Shown here: piece after piece, positions 61,138-64,000 of the stretch
Layout: the number at the start of each line of letters is the position of its first letter
Position numbering within the stretch: position 1 is the first letter of the stretch
Source of the DNA: Faecalicatena sp.
GTDB lineage: Bacteria; Bacillota; Clostridia; Lachnospirales; Lachnospiraceae
Assembly (NCBI GenBank): GCA_009774255.1
Contig: VSNK01000002.1
Coordinates: 14,143-78,142 of the forward strand
Length of the DNA stretch: 64,000 nucleotides
Reading direction: 5' to 3'
Made by a program: the position numbers and the translations under genes
Notes under the pieces: model-generated
Database searches by the model: none
The model's input: only the letters and a program-made list of their open reading frames with translations
Told to the model about the DNA's origin: nothing

Positions 61138-61578
61138 AACAATCTTCCGTATCTTTTCCATAACGGCGGCCGTATCCTCCACGCTGCGGATGGCACACAT
61201 GATCGTATCATCACCTGCGATGGAACCTACGACTTCATTCCATTTCATGGCATCGATGGCAGCGGCCACCGCCATGGCCATTCCGGAAACCGTCTTGATC
61301 ACCAGGATATTCTGCGCCATATCCATAGAAACATATCCGTCCTGCAGCACCCGGATATACTTTTCACTCATGCCCTCTTCTGGTTTTAATATTACATATT
61401 TCTGCCTGCTTCCGTCCACAGACATCTTCGTCAGCTTCAGATCCCGGATATCCCGGGATACGGTAGCCTGCGTCACCTTAAACCCTGCATTGTCAAGATA
61501 TTCCGCCAGCTCCTCCTGCGTCTCGATATCATGCTGCATAATCAGTTCAATAATTTTTGCATGACGGCTGACTTTCAT
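61120..61578 (-). CDS. argR: Arginine repressor
   Basis: TQEEL, TQATVSRD, GSIAGDDT; conserved nadK-argR-recN order. Confidence 0.96.
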   Translation of the reverse strand: MKVSRHAKIIELIMQHDIETQEELAEYLDNAGFKVTQATVSRDIRDLKLTKMSVDGSRQKYVILKPEEGMSEKYIRVLQDGYVSMDMAQNILVIKTVSGMAMAVAAAIDAMKWNEVVGSIAGDDTIMCAIRSVEDTAAVMEKIRKIVILRAR

Positions 61579-61582
61579 ACAC

Positions 61583-62428
61583 TCAATTTCCTTTCATCTT
61601 TTCTCTCATGATCTTCATGAAGCTTTCCTTGCTCAGCTTCACCAGCTTTGTCGTCTCCTCCGCTTTCCGTATCAGCAGCCGGTCCCCCGTGGAGACCGCC
61701 GCCGTATCCGCCCCGTCAAAGCTCACCAGGGCATGCTCCGTGCGGCCATATCTGCCGTCGCAGATCTCCACCTCAATGACGTCCTCCGCCGACAGGACGA
61801 TGCTGCTGGCATTCAGAGCATGGGAACAGATCGGAGTGACCACGAACATCTGTGCCGTAGGCTCCACAACCGGGCCGCCTGCGGACAGATTGTACCCCGT
61901 AGAACCTGTGGGCGTGGAAATGATGACTCCGTCGGCGAGATAGCTGTTCAGCAGCGCGCCGTTCACATACACGTCAAAATGCACCACCCGGAGGTTGCCT
62001 TCCCTGGTAACCACGATGTCATTCATCGCCATGTATTCCCTGCCGCCCTTTGACCTGCCGTCGATCATTCCCCGCATCATCATGCGGTCCTCGATATCCG
62101 GCTCTCCAAAAAAGAGCTTATCCAGTGCCTCTTGGAACTTCGGCTGCTCCACTTCGGTGAGATAGCCCAGCGTTCCGATATTGATCCCTAACAGGGGGAT
62201 ATTATGGCCTCCCAGCTCCCTCGCCGCCCGGATCAGTGTCCCGTCACCTCCAAGCACGATGGCGCAGTCCATCCCCTCAGGCACACTGCCAGGGATGATA
62301 TGTCCGTCCTCGTCCTTCTTCGAAAGGATACAGGTCTTTCCATTTTTTTCAATATAATCCTGTATTTCCTTTGTGATCCGAAAATCTGAATCCTTCAGCC
62401 GATTGGTTATAATATAAAATTTTTCCAT
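61583..62428 (-). CDS. nadK: NAD kinase
   Basis: LGGDGT, G.LGYL, MND, ADGVIISTPTGSTGYNLSAGGP. Confidence 0.96.
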   Translation of the reverse strand: MEKFYIITNRLKDSDFRITKEIQDYIEKNGKTCILSKKDEDGHIIPGSVPEGMDCAIVLGGDGTLIRAARELGGHNIPLLGINIGTLGYLTEVEQPKFQEALDKLFFGEPDIEDRMMMRGMIDGRSKGGREYMAMNDIVVTREGNLRVVHFDVYVNGALLNSYLADGVIISTPTGSTGYNLSAGGPVVEPTAQMFVVTPICSHALNASSIVLSAEDVIEVEICDGRYGRTEHALVSFDGADTAAVSTGDRLLIRKAEETTKLVKLSKESFMKIMREKMKGN

Positions 62429-63237
62429 TATGATTTCCCCAATTTTGCAAATGCTTCCTCGACGACAGACTGCAGGTCAATGGATATTTCCGGCGGTGCC
62501 TGTCCTCCGCATTTTTTTAGATGGATCAGATATTCAATATTGCCTTCCGGCCCTTTGATCGGGGAGAACTCTATATTCTTGATTTCAAATCCAATGGAAT
62601 GGGCATATCGGGCCACCTTCCCGATCACTTCATGGTGGGTGCTCTCTTCCCGCACCACACCCTTCTTGCCCACCTTCTCTCTCCCCGCTTCGAACTGGGG
62701 CTTGATAAGAGCCGCAATTTCTCCCTGAGGCGTCAGATAATTCCGGACAGGCTCCAGCACCTTGGTGAGTGAAATAAAAGACACATCGATAGAAGAGAAA
62801 TCAACAGGCTCCCCGATATCTTCAGGCTTCACATAACGGATGTTGGTCTTTTCCATACAGATGACCCGTTCATCCTGGCGCAGCTTCCAGTCCAGCTGTC
62901 CCCGGCCCACGTCGATGGCAAACACCTTCCTGGCACCGTTTTGCAGCATACAGTCCGTAAATCCGCCCGTAGAAGCTCCCACATCCGTGCATACCTTTCC
63001 CTTCACACTCACATCAAATCGCTTCATTGCCTTTTCCAGCTTCAGCCCGCCTCTGCTGACATAGGGAATGAGCGGCCCGCGCACCTCAATCCCCACGGTA
63101 TCCTCAAAACTGGTTCCTGCCTTATCCTCTCTCTGACCATCCACAAATACGCTCCCCGCCATGATCACCGCCTTCGCTTTCTCGCGGGAGGGCGCCAGAT
63201 TCCGTTTTACAAGCAATACGTCCAGACGTTCTTTCAT
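62428..63237 (-). CDS. tlyA: TlyA-family rRNA methyltransferase
   Basis: S4 domain, YVSRGGLKL, DVGASTGGFTD, DVSFISL, IKPQFE. Confidence 0.95.
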   Translation of the reverse strand: MKERLDVLLVKRNLAPSREKAKAVIMAGSVFVDGQREDKAGTSFEDTVGIEVRGPLIPYVSRGGLKLEKAMKRFDVSVKGKVCTDVGASTGGFTDCMLQNGARKVFAIDVGRGQLDWKLRQDERVICMEKTNIRYVKPEDIGEPVDFSSIDVSFISLTKVLEPVRNYLTPQGEIAALIKPQFEAGREKVGKKGVVREESTHHEVIGKVARYAHSIGFEIKNIEFSPIKGPEGNIEYLIHLKKCGGQAPPEISIDLQSVVEEAFAKLGKS

Positions 63238-63249
63238 GTCTCTTTTCCC

Positions 63250-64000
63250 TCATTGTGCAGCTCCGCAGCTCTTCCGATACTCTTCTACAACCCGCTTTAC
63301 GACCGCGCTCTTTTCCAGCCCGGTCTCCTGCCGGAGCACGTTTACATTCCCATGTTCCACATATTCGTCCGGGATTCCGATGCCGCACACATGCATCTCA
63401 TATCCTTCCCGTGAGATCAGCTCCTGTACCTGTGAGCCGAACCCGCCTGTCAGCACATTCTCCTCGATCGTGACCAGAAGACTGTGGTCTTTCGTCAGTT
63501 GTTCCGCCAGTTCCTCATCCAACGGCTTTACAAAACGTGCATTCACCAGCGTACAGGGATAGCCCATGACCTTCAGTTCCCTGCGCACCTCCTGCGCCAG
63601 CGCGGACATATGTCCCACGAACACAATCGCGATCCCACTCTCCCGGTATAAGACCTCACTTTTTCCATATACGATCGGCGCGCGGAATTCCCGCATCCCT
63701 TCATATGCCGCACCTCTGGGGTAGCGTACGGCGATCGGCCCCGGATAGTCCGCCGCGAAGCGGATCATGTCCGCCATCTCCCAGCGGTTCTTCGGAGACA
63801 TGACCGTCATATTGGGGATGCTGCCCAAATACGACAGGTCAAAGATCCCCTGATGCGTCTCTCCGTCGCTCCCCACCAGCCCGGCCCGGTCTACCGCCAG
63901 CGTCACCGGCAGGTTCTGCAGACAGACATCATGGATGATCTGGTCATAGGCCCGCTGTAGAAAGGAGGAATACACCGCCACCACCGGCTTCATCCCGCCT
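63250..64000 (-). CDS. dxs: 1-deoxy-D-xylulose-5-phosphate synthase, C-terminal part (5' end outside the window)
   Basis: YSSFLQRAYDQ..HDV, DRAGLVGSDGETHQG, RYPRG, RFVKPLD. Confidence 0.95.
   Translation of the reverse strand, partial: GGMKPVVAVYSSFLQRAYDQIIHDVCLQNLPVTLAVDRAGLVGSDGETHQGIFDLSYLGSIPNMTVMSPKNRWEMADMIRFAADYPGPIAVRYPRGAAYEGMREFRAPIVYGKSEVLYRESGIAIVFVGHMSALAQEVRRELKVMGYPCTLVNARFVKPLDEELAEQLTKDHSLLVTIEENVLTGGFGSQVQELISREGYEMHVCGIGIPDEYVEHGNVNVLRQETGLEKSAVVKRVVEEYRKSCGAAQ

Overview
Chromosomal window from a spore-forming, probably flagellated Clostridia-type Firmicute (gene content and promoters suggest Lachnospiraceae; this is inference). Most of it is housekeeping: an EF-G paralog, tyrA-aroA, folC-folE-folP-folBK, proBA, argG, purL, pyk, greA, leuS, trkAH and recN-argR-nadK-tlyA-dxs. 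There is no transposase, integrase, prophage, CRISPR array, rRNA or tRNA. The most unusual signal is intergenic. About 16 copies or remnants of at least six types of short (110-205 bp), non-coding, highly structured elements are present. Most have terminal inverted repeats and clean target-site duplications (8-9 bp, 5 bp or TAA/TTA). They show compensatory base changes, share a bulged-hairpin core, include an internally inverted sub-module, and sit in 5' leaders, inside operons and at stop codons. Other candidates for uncharacterised systems: (1) an MBOAT + DHHW/AlgJ-type acyl-transfer pair followed by a lipoprotein with four Cys-containing VGQ(S/T)GEGCLTDPV repeats; (2) a TetM/EF-G-like GTPase fused to a YacP/Rae1-type NYN nuclease; (3) a LexA-boxed radical SAM/TIGR03915 pair; (4) a sigma-28-type gene for an FlgM-like Ala-rich protein; (5) a leuS leader with a tandem-repeat uORF in place of a T-box.
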